Assembly: GCA_022792945.1 (NCBI GenBank)
Contig: JAAWBZ010000083.1
Span: forward strand, 7,435 to 71,434
Length of the DNA stretch: 64,000 bases
From: Oscillospiraceae bacterium
Lineage (GTDB): Bacteria > Bacillota > Clostridia > Oscillospirales > Oscillospiraceae
Direction of reading: 5' to 3'
The notes below the pieces were generated by a model. It saw nothing but the letters and a program-made list of their open reading frames with translations. It made no database searches and was not told the DNA's origin. Below, one piece after another: positions 38,501 through 46,864 of this stretch (the first letter of the stretch is position 1; every line of letters starts with the position of its first letter). The position numbers were made by a program, and so were the translations under genes.

Positions 38501-39900
38501 AATACCAGGCCCGGGCCCACGCCTACTGCGTGGAGATGTTCGGCGCATCCCATGTGTTCCGTGCCGGGACCATCGGCACTGTGGCGGAAAAAACGGCTTA
38601 CGGCTACGCCAAGAAGTACCTGGCCGAACGGGGCCGCACTGTCTCCAAGGCTGAGGAAAACCGTCTGGCCGCCGGCTGCGTGGGCGTCAAGCGCACCACG
38701 GGCCAGCACCCGGGCGGACTGGTGGTCATTCCGCAGGAAAATGAGATCTGGGACTTCTGCCCGGTGCAGCACCCGGCGGACTCCACCGACACGGATATCA
38801 TCACCACCCACTTTGAGTACCATTCCATGGAGGAAAACCTCCTGAAGCTGGACATGCTGGGCCACGACGACCCCACCATGATCCGGATGCTGGAGGACTT
38901 GACCGGCGTGGACGCCAAGAAGATCCCCCTGGACGATAAGGACACCATGTCCATTTTTACCTCTTCAAAAATCCTGGGCTTCGAGGACGATCCGCTGCTG
39001 GGGCCGGTGGGGACCTGCGCAATCCCGGAGTTCGGCACCTCCTTCACCCGCGGGATGCTGGTGGACACGCAGCCCCACGAGTTCGATATCCTCATCCGCC
39101 TCTCCGGCTTTTCCCACGGCACCGATGTGTGGCTGGGCAACGCCCGGGACCTGATCGTCTCTGGCACCGCGTCGGTCAAGGACGCCATCGGCTGCCGCGA
39201 CGACATCATGCTCTACCTCATCAGGTGCGGCATGCCGGAGAAGCGCTCCTTCAAGATCATGGAGTCGGTGCGAAAGGGCAGGGGACTGCCCGATGGGGCC
39301 GAGCAGGAGATGATCGACGCCGGCGTGCCGGCGTGGTACATCGGCTCATGCAAGAAGATCAAGTATCTCTTCCCCAAGGCCCACGCGGTGGCCTACGTCA
39401 TGATGGCCTTCCGCATCGCCTGGTTCAAAGTTCATGAGCCGCTGGCGTTCTACGCGGCGTACTTCTATCGCCGCAGCCAGAAGGGCGGCTTCGACGCGGC
39501 CATGATGTGCCACGGCATTGAGCAGGTGAAGGCCAAGATCAAGGAGATCCACGACGATCCCGACGCCACCGACAAGGACGACGATATGAAAACGACTCTG
39601 GAGGTCTGTTACGAATTCTATCTGCGTGGCTTTTCCTTCGCGCCCATGGATCTCTACCGCTCCGAGGCGCTCAAGTTTGTGCCGGAGGGGAAGACGCTGC
39701 TGCCGCCCTTTGTGGCGGTGTCGGGCCTGGGGGAGACGGCGGCCTGGGACATTGTGGAGGGCCGGAAGGGCAAGCGGTTCATCTCGGTGGAGGAATTCGC
39801 AGCCGCCTGCCCCAAGGTGTCCAAGACGCACATTGAGAACCTGCGGGCGGCGGGGGCCTTCGGCGACCTGCCGGATACCAGTCAGGTGTCGCTGTTTTAG
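35590..39900 (+). CDS. polC: DNA polymerase III PolC-type
   Basis: PHP domain (ELHLHT, AITDHG) with inserted exonuclease (FDLETTG, AHNADFD), GSRGSVG, PDIDLNFSGEYQ and FPKAHA. Confidence 0.98.
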   Translation: MEKTVKFQEMFRGFEPPEPLRPALGRAVVSHARIDTEARRIAVSLWSESYLPRRALLEAEQALARRYGVRRVELDPAYPGELLGEMDFRDLTQVLVRAYPMASSILAGAQWRLEGDTIHIQLRVNGKDALAPHLPAAAAYVRDHFGRQVRFQVATGAVPDDADLFAETARIREEALSHLPQPSAPAAEKRPGRPAVMIEPPADLIYGKPFRGEATPMADLNLDMFRVIVAGKVFAVNHRELKKRNAWVISFDMTDNTSSVRVSQFMESAKAKPILERIAKPGAFLRVQGKMNFDRYDNEMVLQPQAIMAGEAPARRDTAPGDKRVELHLHTSMSSMDGLTSTGAAVALAAKWGHRAVAITDHGVLQSYPDAMKAASKAKVAGTNENIKILYGVEAYFVNDVDDRVVVHGPQNAPLTGEYVAFDLETTGLSHRTETIIEIGAAICRDGEILEKFQTFVDPQRPLSQQIIDLTGITDQMLRGAPAIDEALPKFLAFCGDRPLAAHNADFDMGFILAACRRLGIDYAPTSVDTLILAQNLLPSLGKYKLNLVADALELPPFNHHRAVDDAMTVAYMLEKFFRMLRDRGVEDLRAVNPLMEPLRAGAKLDGRNSRHMILFAKNQLGLRNLYRLVSDAHLKYFKRTPRIPKSELVKWREGLIVGSACEAGELFQAIVAGKSHEELLRIASFYDFLEVQPLANNRFMLEKGLAADEEELRDFNRTVVQLGRELGKLVVATGDVHFLNPEDEIFRRLLLASKGFEDCDRELPLYLRTTDEMLEEFSYLGAETAREIVVENPNRIADMCELLRPVPHNLFAPAIENSVEDLKSLVYGKLHRLYGKHPPQLVTDRVETELHDIISCHYDVIYMSAQKLVQNSLEHGYLVGSRGSVGSSIVAFLSGITEVNSFPPHYRCPQCKYCTFDVPREAACGADLPDAKCPECGADLDKDGFNIPFETFLGFGGDKVPDIDLNFSGEYQARAHAYCVEMFGASHVFRAGTIGTVAEKTAYGYAKKYLAERGRTVSKAEENRLAAGCVGVKRTTGQHPGGLVVIPQENEIWDFCPVQHPADSTDTDIITTHFEYHSMEENLLKLDMLGHDDPTMIRMLEDLTGVDAKKIPLDDKDTMSIFTSSKILGFEDDPLLGPVGTCAIPEFGTSFTRGMLVDTQPHEFDILIRLSGFSHGTDVWLGNARDLIVSGTASVKDAIGCRDDIMLYLIRCGMPEKRSFKIMESVRKGRGLPDGAEQEMIDAGVPAWYIGSCKKIKYLFPKAHAVAYVMMAFRIAWFKVHEPLAFYAAYFYRRSQKGGFDAAMMCHGIEQVKAKIKEIHDDPDATDKDDDMKTTLEVCYEFYLRGFSFAPMDLYRSEALKFVPEGKTLLPPFVAVSGLGETAAWDIVEGRKGKRFISVEEFAAACPKVSKTHIENLRAAGAFGDLPDTSQVSLF

Positions 39901-39908
39901 GAGGCGCT

Positions 39909-40391
39909 ATGAACCGGAAATATCGTATCGCAGCCATGGTCCTGGTGTTTCTCGTGGCCATGGCTGTGGCCTGGAAGATCGGCGTGGCCAAGCTGCGGGA
40001 GGAGACGGACAGGGTCAGCGACGACGCGCTGAGCCTGGGTCTTGGCGAGCGCTGGGGCGGCGGCCTGCCAGCGGGCTACACGGCGGAGATCGCGGACGAT
40101 CTGGCGTCGGCGGGGCATCTCTATGCGCGGCTGATGTATCAGGAGAGCGTCGAGGATCTGCTGGCAAAGTGGGACGCTCCGGAGGCGGGGGAGACGGAGG
40201 GCTTTGCGGCCCTGACGGCGGCCCACGCGGCAGCGGACATTCCCGCGGCGCACCGGGCGCTGCTGGAGGACGCGGCGGTGGAGCCGGACGGGGACTGGCT
40301 GGCTTTTTCGGCGGAGCAGGACGGCGCGCGGCTGATTTTGCTGTACGACCGGGCGGACATGGTCCTCTATCTGGCGGAGGCGCACCCGTAA
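39909..40391 (+). CDS. Hypothetical membrane-anchored protein (160 aa)
   Basis: AGGAGG SD right after the polC stop; N-terminal TM; family not recognised. Confidence 0.7.
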   Translation: MNRKYRIAAMVLVFLVAMAVAWKIGVAKLREETDRVSDDALSLGLGERWGGGLPAGYTAEIADDLASAGHLYARLMYQESVEDLLAKWDAPEAGETEGFAALTAAHAAADIPAAHRALLEDAAVEPDGDWLAFSAEQDGARLILLYDRADMVLYLAEAHP

Positions 40392-40395
40392 GCGG

Positions 40396-40440
40396 CATAA
40401 AAATGGGCGATGCCCCGCGGCATCGCCCGTTTTTTATGCG
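40396..40440. terminator. Bidirectional intrinsic terminator
   Basis: AAAAATGGGCGATGCC-CCGC-GGCATCGCCCGTTTTTT between convergent genes. Confidence 0.88.
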
Positions 40441-40449
40441 GTTTTCCAA

Positions 40450-40992
40450 TCAGGGCGCGTCCGCGATGATGCCATAACCACCGCTGCGGCGCTTATAGAC
40501 CACGGCAAAGGCACCGTTGCTGTCCTCGTCGCGGAAAGCGAAGAAATTGTGCTCCAGCAGGTTCATCTGGAGGATCGCCTCATCCCGGGTCATGGGCTTC
40601 ATGGGGAACTGCTTGGTACGAACAATGGCGAACTCGCCCTCCTCCGGCTCCTCCGGCGCGAAGGACGACACCGCCTCCGGCGCGCGGACAAATGCGTCCT
40701 GCCGGATCCGGCGGGCCAAACGGGTCTTATTCTTCCGGATCTGGCCCTCGATGGTGGCGACCGCCGCATCGATGGAGGCGAACATATCCGACGTGCTCTC
40801 GTGAGCACGGAAGTAGGTATTGGCCGCATGGACCGTCAGCTCCACGATGTTGCGGTTCTTTTCCACGCTGAAGGCGACCAGGGCCTCCGCGTCATCCTTG
40901 AAATAGCGGTCCAGCTTCGTGACCTTTTTCTCCGCGTATGCGCGCACATTGCCCGGCAAATTCAGCTTCTTTTCCAAGAACTGTATTTTCAT
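40450..40992 (-). CDS. hpf: Ribosome hibernation promoting factor (long HPF / RaiA)
   Basis: ATG 40992 after AAAGGAG; YAEKKVTKLDRYF, DMFASID, KPMTRDEAILQMNLL and VVYKR motifs. Confidence 0.94.
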   Translation of the reverse strand: MKIQFLEKKLNLPGNVRAYAEKKVTKLDRYFKDDAEALVAFSVEKNRNIVELTVHAANTYFRAHESTSDMFASIDAAVATIEGQIRKNKTRLARRIRQDAFVRAPEAVSSFAPEEPEEGEFAIVRTKQFPMKPMTRDEAILQMNLLEHNFFAFRDEDSNGAFAVVYKRRSGGYGIIADAP

Positions 40993-41186
40993 ATTGCCTC
41001 GCTCCTTTCGTCCTGGCGGGGTCCCGGGTATGGGACGCCCCGTGGACAGGCATCCAGCGCCTGTCCTAGTTGTATTATACCACAATTTCCCGGAAAATCA
41101 ACTGCAAACCCGCGGTCTGACCGAATGGCAGGATTTTCTACAAAGCGGCGGAAAAACAGTGGAAAGTTTGGCGGATTTCACAAAAT

Positions 41187-41738
41187 TCAAGGCGTCTGCG
41201 GGTGGTTTGCCTCCGCTTCCTCCAAAAGAAGGGTCATCACCGTCTGATAAAGCGCCTCCGCGCTTTCGGAGAACGCCGCTGAGAGGCGGCGGGCCTGCTG
41301 GCGGGTGGGGGCCATCAGCTCCAGGGTCATGAGGCTTCCCCTGTCGTCATCCAGGCCCATGACCACGGAAAAGTCCCCCTCCGGCCGTTCCATGACCTCC
41401 GCGCGGATGTGCATGGAGCGCTTGATCTCCTGGTTGAACCGCTCCACGGCCTGCTGCGCCCGCTGTGCCACGGGGAAAGCCAGGGAGTCCTCCACCACCT
41501 CACCGGTTTCGCGGCCCTTGTCGGTGATGGTCAGCGTCCCGTCCCGGGCCTCGGAGAGATGGCCGGTCCCGATCAGCTGCGGCACGGCCTCGCGCACGTC
41601 AAAATAGCTCAGGCAGTCGTCCTGGTAGCAAAGCTCGTAGAGCTTCTGTACGTCCACCGGGTACTGCACCCGGGACATCACAAACAGGATCAGCACCTTC
41701 ACGTCCATCATCGTATGGATAAAGCCCAAGTTTTCCAT
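41187..41738 (-). CDS. DUF4364 family protein
   Basis: KVLILFVM, YFDV, ITDKG and MTLELMAP pattern of this winged-helix family; promoter TTGCAA-17-TATCAT upstream. Confidence 0.75.
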   Translation of the reverse strand: MENLGFIHTMMDVKVLILFVMSRVQYPVDVQKLYELCYQDDCLSYFDVREAVPQLIGTGHLSEARDGTLTITDKGRETGEVVEDSLAFPVAQRAQQAVERFNQEIKRSMHIRAEVMERPEGDFSVVMGLDDDRGSLMTLELMAPTRQQARRLSAAFSESAEALYQTVMTLLLEEAEANHPQTP

Positions 41739-41827
41739 TGGCACACCTCGCTGGCATTTTTTTCATGATAGCCGATTTTTGCCCAACTTGCAAGGCCTTT
41801 TGGGAATTTCTATAGGGCTGGCAAATA

Positions 41828-41863
41828 TTACAGCTTGTAATCTTCTGTAACAATTTGTAACAT
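41828..41863 (+). promoter_or_regulatory. Promoter overlapped by three TGTAA direct repeats
   Basis: TGTAA at 41836, 41846 and 41856; TTGTAA-17-TAACAT; palindrome TTACA-GCT-TGTAA. Confidence 0.5.
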
Positions 41864-41886
41864 TAAGACAGAAGGAGGCATAAGCC

Positions 41887-42570
41887 ATGAAAAGAAAACA
41901 TTGTAAAATCGCGTCCATCCTGTTGACCCTGGCGGTGCTGACCGCCACTGTAATGCCCGTCTCGGCCCACGGCAGCGGCGGGGGCACGCGCCGCTGTAGC
42001 TGGTGGTATCCCAGCAGCCGCTGCAGCTGGAGCTGCTGCACCCGTCCGACCCAGCCGTCCCAATCCTGCCAGCCCTCGGAGCCGTCCCAGCCCGAAACGC
42101 CGTCCATACCGTCCCAGCCCGGCACGCCCTCTCAGCCTACTACACCTACCACGCCTACTATACCTATCACCCCCGTCACGCCCGATACCGGCAGCGTATC
42201 CAGCCTGGAGAAACAGGTGGTGGAGCTGGTCAACCAGGAGCGCGCTGTCTACGGCCTGCCAGCCCTGACCCTCAGCGCGACGCTCAGCGACGGGGCGCGG
42301 CTGAAGTCCCGGGATATGCAGCAGAGCCGCTACTTTGACCATAACAGCCCCAACTACGGCACGCCCTTTGAGATGATGAAGTCTCTGGGCATCACCTACG
42401 CCGCCGCCGGCGAGAACATTGCCATGGGCTACTCCACTGCAGAGGCCGTGGTCAGTGCCTGGATGAACTCCCCGGGCCACCGGGCCAACATTCTCTCGGA
42501 GAACTACACGCATATTGGCGTGGGGTATGTGGCCAGCGGCGGGTATTGGACACAGTGGTTTACAAGATAG
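41887..42570 (+). CDS. Secreted CAP-domain (YkwD-like) protein with Pro/Thr/Ser linker
   Basis: Signal peptide; VVELVNQER, YFDHNSP, GENIA, WMNSPGHRANIL and YWTQWF motifs. Confidence 0.92.
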   Translation: MKRKHCKIASILLTLAVLTATVMPVSAHGSGGGTRRCSWWYPSSRCSWSCCTRPTQPSQSCQPSEPSQPETPSIPSQPGTPSQPTTPTTPTIPITPVTPDTGSVSSLEKQVVELVNQERAVYGLPALTLSATLSDGARLKSRDMQQSRYFDHNSPNYGTPFEMMKSLGITYAAAGENIAMGYSTAEAVVSAWMNSPGHRANILSENYTHIGVGYVASGGYWTQWFTR

Positions 42571-42650
42571 TTTTAGCTGGACTCCGCCCAAACCCGGCAG
42601 GGCGCTGCCCTGCACCCGCAGCCTTTTGAAAAAGGCTGGCGAAAACTTTC
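42571..42650. repeat. REP/MITE-like palindromic repeat, copy 2
   Basis: Hairpins GCAGGGC-GCT-GCCCTGC and CAGCCTTTT-GA-AAAAGGCTG followed by GCGAAAACTTT; related to 30679-30754. Confidence 0.65.
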
Positions 42651-42728
42651 GATGCGCCGCGCGCGGCAAGAATAATTCGCAAGTTTTAGCAAACAATACC
42701 TCCGACGAAATTAAAGGAGGTAATTCCC

Positions 42729-43976
42729 TTGTCATCGATCCATCGAAAAACCAGGCACACCGCCCTCCTGACCGTGACCGTCCTCGTGGTCATGTGCTTC
42801 CTGGGCACCGGCGCGGCGGCAGCGGAGCGTGAGACGCTCTATAACGCCGATTACTGCTTCAGCGCCGGGGATTTCGCGCTTGAGGGCGCCGAGCTGCAGG
42901 GCATTTTTATCACGGATGTGCCCTCCGCCATGGTCGGCCGCGTCCAGTACGGCAGCCGGGTGATCCGCGCCGGCGACGTTCTGCCGGCCAGCGCGCTGGA
43001 GGCGCTGATCCTCTCGCCCACCTGCCGGGATAACCGCCAGGCGGAGGTGGGCTACCTGCCCATCACCGCCGAGGGCCTGGGTGAGGCCATGGCGGTGCAA
43101 GTGAGCATCTTCTCCGGTAAGAACGCCGCCCCCACCGCCTCCGACAGCGCCCTGGAGACCTATAAGAATATCGCCAATACCGGCACTCTGGAGGTCTCCG
43201 ATCCCGAGGGCGAGGCCCTGCGCTACAGCCTCACCTCCGCGCCCCGCCGCGGCTCGGTGGAGCTGTCCGACGACGGAACCTACACCTACACGCCCGCGAA
43301 GAACAAGGTCGGCAGGGACAGCTTTACCTTTACCGCCACGGACCCGGCGGGCAACGTTTCCAATGAGGCCACGGTGTCCATCGAGATCATCAAGCCCATC
43401 GACCGGCTGACCTACGGCGACATGGCCGGCGATCCGGACTGCTTCGCGGCCATGTGGCTGCACAACAGCGGGCTTCTGACCGGCGAGACCGTGGCGGGCG
43501 TGGCGTGCTTCTCGCCGGACAAGCCTGTGACCCGCGGGGAGTTCCTGGTGATGGTCTCGCAGCTGTGCGGTCTGAAGCCGGACGATGCGCAGCTGACCTC
43601 CGGGTTTGCCGACGAGGGGGAGACGCCCCAGTGGATGCGGCCCTATATCGTCGCGGCGCTTCGGACGGGCGTGGTCAGCGGCGTGAACTCCAACCACGGG
43701 CTTGTGTTCCGCCCCGGCGCGAACCTGACGACGGCAGAGGCGGCAGTGATGCTGCAAAACGTGCTGCGCCTGCCGGAGGCCAAGGAGGCGGCGGGCTTCG
43801 CCGGGGATGAAGCGGTGCCCACCTGGGCCGCCGGCGCCATGGAGGCGCTCTCCGGCGCGGGCGTGCCGGTGCAGGGCGCGGATAGCATGACCACTGTGAC
43901 GCGCAGGACCGCAGCGAGACTGCTGTACGCGGCGGCGCAGCTCCAGGAAGAGAGCAAAAACGAATTGCTGTTTTAA
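42729..43976 (+). CDS. S-layer homology domain protein with Ig-like (Big_9/cadherin-like) domain
   Basis: TTG start after AAAGGAGG; signal peptide; DPEG...YTYTP...GRDSFTFTATD Ig-like motif; SLH motifs FSPDKPVTRGEF and FRPGANLTTAEAA. Confidence 0.85.
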   Translation: MSSIHRKTRHTALLTVTVLVVMCFLGTGAAAAERETLYNADYCFSAGDFALEGAELQGIFITDVPSAMVGRVQYGSRVIRAGDVLPASALEALILSPTCRDNRQAEVGYLPITAEGLGEAMAVQVSIFSGKNAAPTASDSALETYKNIANTGTLEVSDPEGEALRYSLTSAPRRGSVELSDDGTYTYTPAKNKVGRDSFTFTATDPAGNVSNEATVSIEIIKPIDRLTYGDMAGDPDCFAAMWLHNSGLLTGETVAGVACFSPDKPVTRGEFLVMVSQLCGLKPDDAQLTSGFADEGETPQWMRPYIVAALRTGVVSGVNSNHGLVFRPGANLTTAEAAVMLQNVLRLPEAKEAAGFAGDEAVPTWAAGAMEALSGAGVPVQGADSMTTVTRRTAARLLYAAAQLQEESKNELLF

Positions 43977-43985
43977 AGCGCAGCG

Positions 43986-44015
43986 GGGCATGGCCGAAAG
44001 GCCATGCCCTGTTTT
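43986..44015. terminator. Intrinsic terminator between convergent genes
   Basis: GGGCATGGCC-GAAA-GGCCATGCCC-TGTTTT. Confidence 0.8.
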
Positions 44016-44016
44016 G

Positions 44017-44829
44017 CTATAGCGCCTCATCCTGCCAGCCTCCCGGCGTCAGGACTCGCACGGTCCGGAAGCCGCAGGAGCTGGCCAGCGCCGCCGCCTC
44101 GGGGAAATAGGCGCTGAGCGTTCCGGCGCTGTGGCAGTCGCTGGAGAGTTGCACCGCCCCGCCGAAGGCCCGGATGGCCTCCAGGAAGCGACGGCTGGGG
44201 TAGGGAGCCGTCCGGTAGCCCCGGGACATGGCGCCGGTGTTGATCTCGAAGATCAGCTCCCGCCGGCAGAGGGCCTCCAGCACCTCCAGCGCCGGCTTCC
44301 AATAGCGCGGATCGTCCTCGTCAAAGAGCCGCCCGCCCTCATTGAACTTGGTCACCAGGTCGAAATGCCCCACGATCTCGCAGCCGGTGACGTCCGGCAG
44401 GCGGGCGAGGGCCTCAAAGTAGTCTGCCGTCAGGCGGTAAAAGTCCCCGCCGTAGGCCGTCTCCACCGCCCGCAGCAGGACCGCCGGCTTGTAATCCAGC
44501 ACATGGTACGCCCCGCTGCGGTACAGACAGTGGACCGAACCGATGGTGTAATCCCGGGGGAAGTCCGGGCGCGTGCCCAAAAGGTCGTCCTCGACGCCCA
44601 GATAGACTTCCAATTGCCCCTGATACCGTGTCCTGGCTGCCTGGACCCCGGCAACGTACCGGGGGATATCAGCCAGGGCCATGCAGCAGCTCTTGTCAAA
44701 GGCTGTGTAGCTGTGCCCGGAGAAGCCCAGCGCCTGCAGGCCCTGGGAGACGGCCGCCTGGGCCATCTCGTCCACGGTGTGCTTCCCGTCGCACCAGACG
44801 GTGTGGGTGTGGTAATTCCGAAGGGTCAT
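44017..44829 (-). CDS. PHP-family phosphatase (histidinol-phosphatase HisJ-like)
   Basis: NYHTHT.WCDG, GFSGH, IGSVH, GHFDL, EINTG and SSDCH motifs. Confidence 0.85.
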   Translation of the reverse strand: MTLRNYHTHTVWCDGKHTVDEMAQAAVSQGLQALGFSGHSYTAFDKSCCMALADIPRYVAGVQAARTRYQGQLEVYLGVEDDLLGTRPDFPRDYTIGSVHCLYRSGAYHVLDYKPAVLLRAVETAYGGDFYRLTADYFEALARLPDVTGCEIVGHFDLVTKFNEGGRLFDEDDPRYWKPALEVLEALCRRELIFEINTGAMSRGYRTAPYPSRRFLEAIRAFGGAVQLSSDCHSAGTLSAYFPEAAALASSCGFRTVRVLTPGGWQDEAL

Positions 44830-45882
44830 TCAATCGCCTCCTTCCCCAACGGAGACCGCTGGGCGCAGCAGGCCGTATTGCGCAAAACGGGTATCACGGG
44901 AGTCGGTGCAGAAAACCAGCCGGTCCTCCAGAGGCGTGAAGTCCGCCTCCAGGGTCTTGGTCAGATCCTGCACCTGGGAGCCGTCGGCTCCCGAGATGTA
45001 CACCCGGCGGAGGTACGCGGCCAGCGCCGGGGTGGGCGACGTTACGGACAGCGTCACATGGGTATCCCCCAGATTGGCGGTCAGACGCTTGGCGGCGTCC
45101 AGAATGGCCTCCGTGCGGTCGCCGTCAAAGACAATGCTGCCGCTCTGGGGGAATGCAAAATCATCCAGTACCACCTCGTCAAAGCCCAGGCCGGCCAGCT
45201 CCTGCACCGCCTGCTCGATATGGGAGAGGGTCTGCGTGTCGCTGGGGTCCAGCCAGTAGCAGTTGTCCTCATCCAGCCACAGCGCGCCGCCGGAGATGGG
45301 CAGGCCGCAGGCCTGGTTGGCCACGGCGTAGGCCGAATCCCGAAAGGCCGGCAAGCGGGCGGCCAAATGGAGGTTGGGCCGCTGGGCCAGGTCTGCGATC
45401 AGCTGCGCCACCGCCTGGGCGTCCACCAGCGATGACGTCTCCGCGCCCACCAGGCCGGAGGGGTAGTAGTAGTTGCCGTAGATGCTCCGCACGTCCAGCA
45501 GCACCGCCGCCGGTCCGGACTCCTGGGTCACGGCCTGGAGCACCGCACCGGGATCAGCCAGCATCTCCACCGTGACGTAGTAGCCGGTCAGCCGCGTGAC
45601 GGCGGGGGTCTCCTCGGCGTTGGGGTCCTCCCGCTCAATGGGGGCCGAGGGCAGCGGCGTCAGCCCCGGCTCCACGTCGAAGCCGGGATTGCCCGGCGTG
45701 CCGCTCCCGCTGCCGGGCCGTTGGGAGAAGTCCAGGTGCGCGCCGTCGGGGGTATAGACCACAAAGCGCTGAAGGTAGACCACCAGACAGATGGCCGCGA
45801 CCACCAGCACGCCCAATGAAACGGCGGCGCCGATGCCGAGATACCGCAGGCGCTGCTTGCTGCGGAAGGAAAACTTACGCAA
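44830..45882 (-). CDS. Membrane-anchored putative glycoside hydrolase (DUF4015-like TIM barrel)
   Basis: TTG 45882 after GGAGGAGG, overlapping the prmA stop; N-terminal TM; ARLPAFRD, WLDP and ELAGLGFDEVVLDDFAFP motifs. Confidence 0.65.
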   Translation of the reverse strand: MRKFSFRSKQRLRYLGIGAAVSLGVLVVAAICLVVYLQRFVVYTPDGAHLDFSQRPGSGSGTPGNPGFDVEPGLTPLPSAPIEREDPNAEETPAVTRLTGYYVTVEMLADPGAVLQAVTQESGPAAVLLDVRSIYGNYYYPSGLVGAETSSLVDAQAVAQLIADLAQRPNLHLAARLPAFRDSAYAVANQACGLPISGGALWLDEDNCYWLDPSDTQTLSHIEQAVQELAGLGFDEVVLDDFAFPQSGSIVFDGDRTEAILDAAKRLTANLGDTHVTLSVTSPTPALAAYLRRVYISGADGSQVQDLTKTLEADFTPLEDRLVFCTDSRDTRFAQYGLLRPAVSVGEGGD

Positions 45883-46864
45883 GGCCGCCCTCCTCCCCGC
45901 ACCGGAGGGTGAGGCAGACCCAGTCGTCCCGCTGCGCCCGGCCCGAGACGGAAAGCCCCGCGGCATCCAGGGCCAAGCGGACCTCCGGCTCCCGCACGTC
46001 CAGGATGCCTGAGCAGATCACCGTGCCGCCGGGCCGCAGAAATCTGGGAAACACCGGAGCCAGGGGGATGATGACGTCGGCGACGATGTTGGCCAGCACC
46101 ACGTCGTAGCCGCCCCGGGCCAGACGCTCCATATCGCCACGGTCCGCCAGCACGTTGCCGGTGACGGCCTGGAAGCGCGCGGCGTCTAGGCCGTTGACTG
46201 CGGCGTTCTCCCGGGCGATGTCCTCAGCCTTGGGATCAATGTCCACGCCCACGGCGGTGTCCGCCCCCAGCAGCAGCGCGGTGAAGGACAGGATGCCGCT
46301 GCCGCTGCCCAGATCGACGACCCGCTCACCGCCGCAGATGGTATCCTCCAGCGCCTCCATGCACATCTGCGTGGAGGCGTGGGCCCCGGTGCCGAAGATC
46401 ATGCCCGGGTCCAGCCGGACCATGACGCGCCCCTCGGGGTTCTCCGGCGAGAGCCACTGGGGCACTACCAGCAGCCGCCGGCCGATGGGCAGGGGCTGGT
46501 AATACTGCTTCCAGTTGTTTTCCCAGTCCTCGTCCCGGCAGGGCGCGGCGGCGACGGTGAGGGGGCCGAAGTCCACCTGGGGAAACTGGTCCCGCAAAAG
46601 CCCCAGCTGGGCATAGAGCTGCCCGGCGGCCTCTCTGGCCTCGGCGGTGTCCCCGGTGTAGAGGCGGATGCGGGAGACGCCGGCCATGCGCTGCTCCAGC
46701 TCCTCGTCCACATAGTCCCAATACTGCTGATTCTGCCGCAAAAAATCATGAAAATCCTCCTGATCGTCCATAATAAAGCTGTCAAAGCCCAGGGCGGTCA
46801 GGCGCGCGGCCACCAGGTCGATGCCGGCGGAGGAGGTTTCCACGGTCCATTCAATCCATTGCAA
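45875..46864 (-). CDS. prmA: 50S ribosomal protein L11 methyltransferase
   Basis: DWENNWKQYY, LDPGMIFGTGAHAST, DLGSGSGIL, ANIVA and SGIL motifs. Confidence 0.95.
   Translation of the reverse strand: MQWIEWTVETSSAGIDLVAARLTALGFDSFIMDDQEDFHDFLRQNQQYWDYVDEELEQRMAGVSRIRLYTGDTAEAREAAGQLYAQLGLLRDQFPQVDFGPLTVAAAPCRDEDWENNWKQYYQPLPIGRRLLVVPQWLSPENPEGRVMVRLDPGMIFGTGAHASTQMCMEALEDTICGGERVVDLGSGSGILSFTALLLGADTAVGVDIDPKAEDIARENAAVNGLDAARFQAVTGNVLADRGDMERLARGGYDVVLANIVADVIIPLAPVFPRFLRPGGTVICSGILDVREPEVRLALDAAGLSVSGRAQRDDWVCLTLRCGEEGGLA

Noticed and set aside
35590-39900. Intein or frameshift in polC
   Set aside because: 1436 aa is a normal PolC length; the exonuclease insertion in the PHP domain is the standard architecture; no splice-junction or LAGLIDADG motifs seen.
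40993-41186. raiA motif RNA upstream of hpf
   Set aside because: The predicted leader is only ~75 nt, far shorter than that motif, and I do not recognise its conserved sequence.
42040-42190. Short nucleotide repeats resembling an array
   Set aside because: They encode the Pro/Thr/Ser linker of the CAP protein; no constant repeat-spacer structure and no cas genes.
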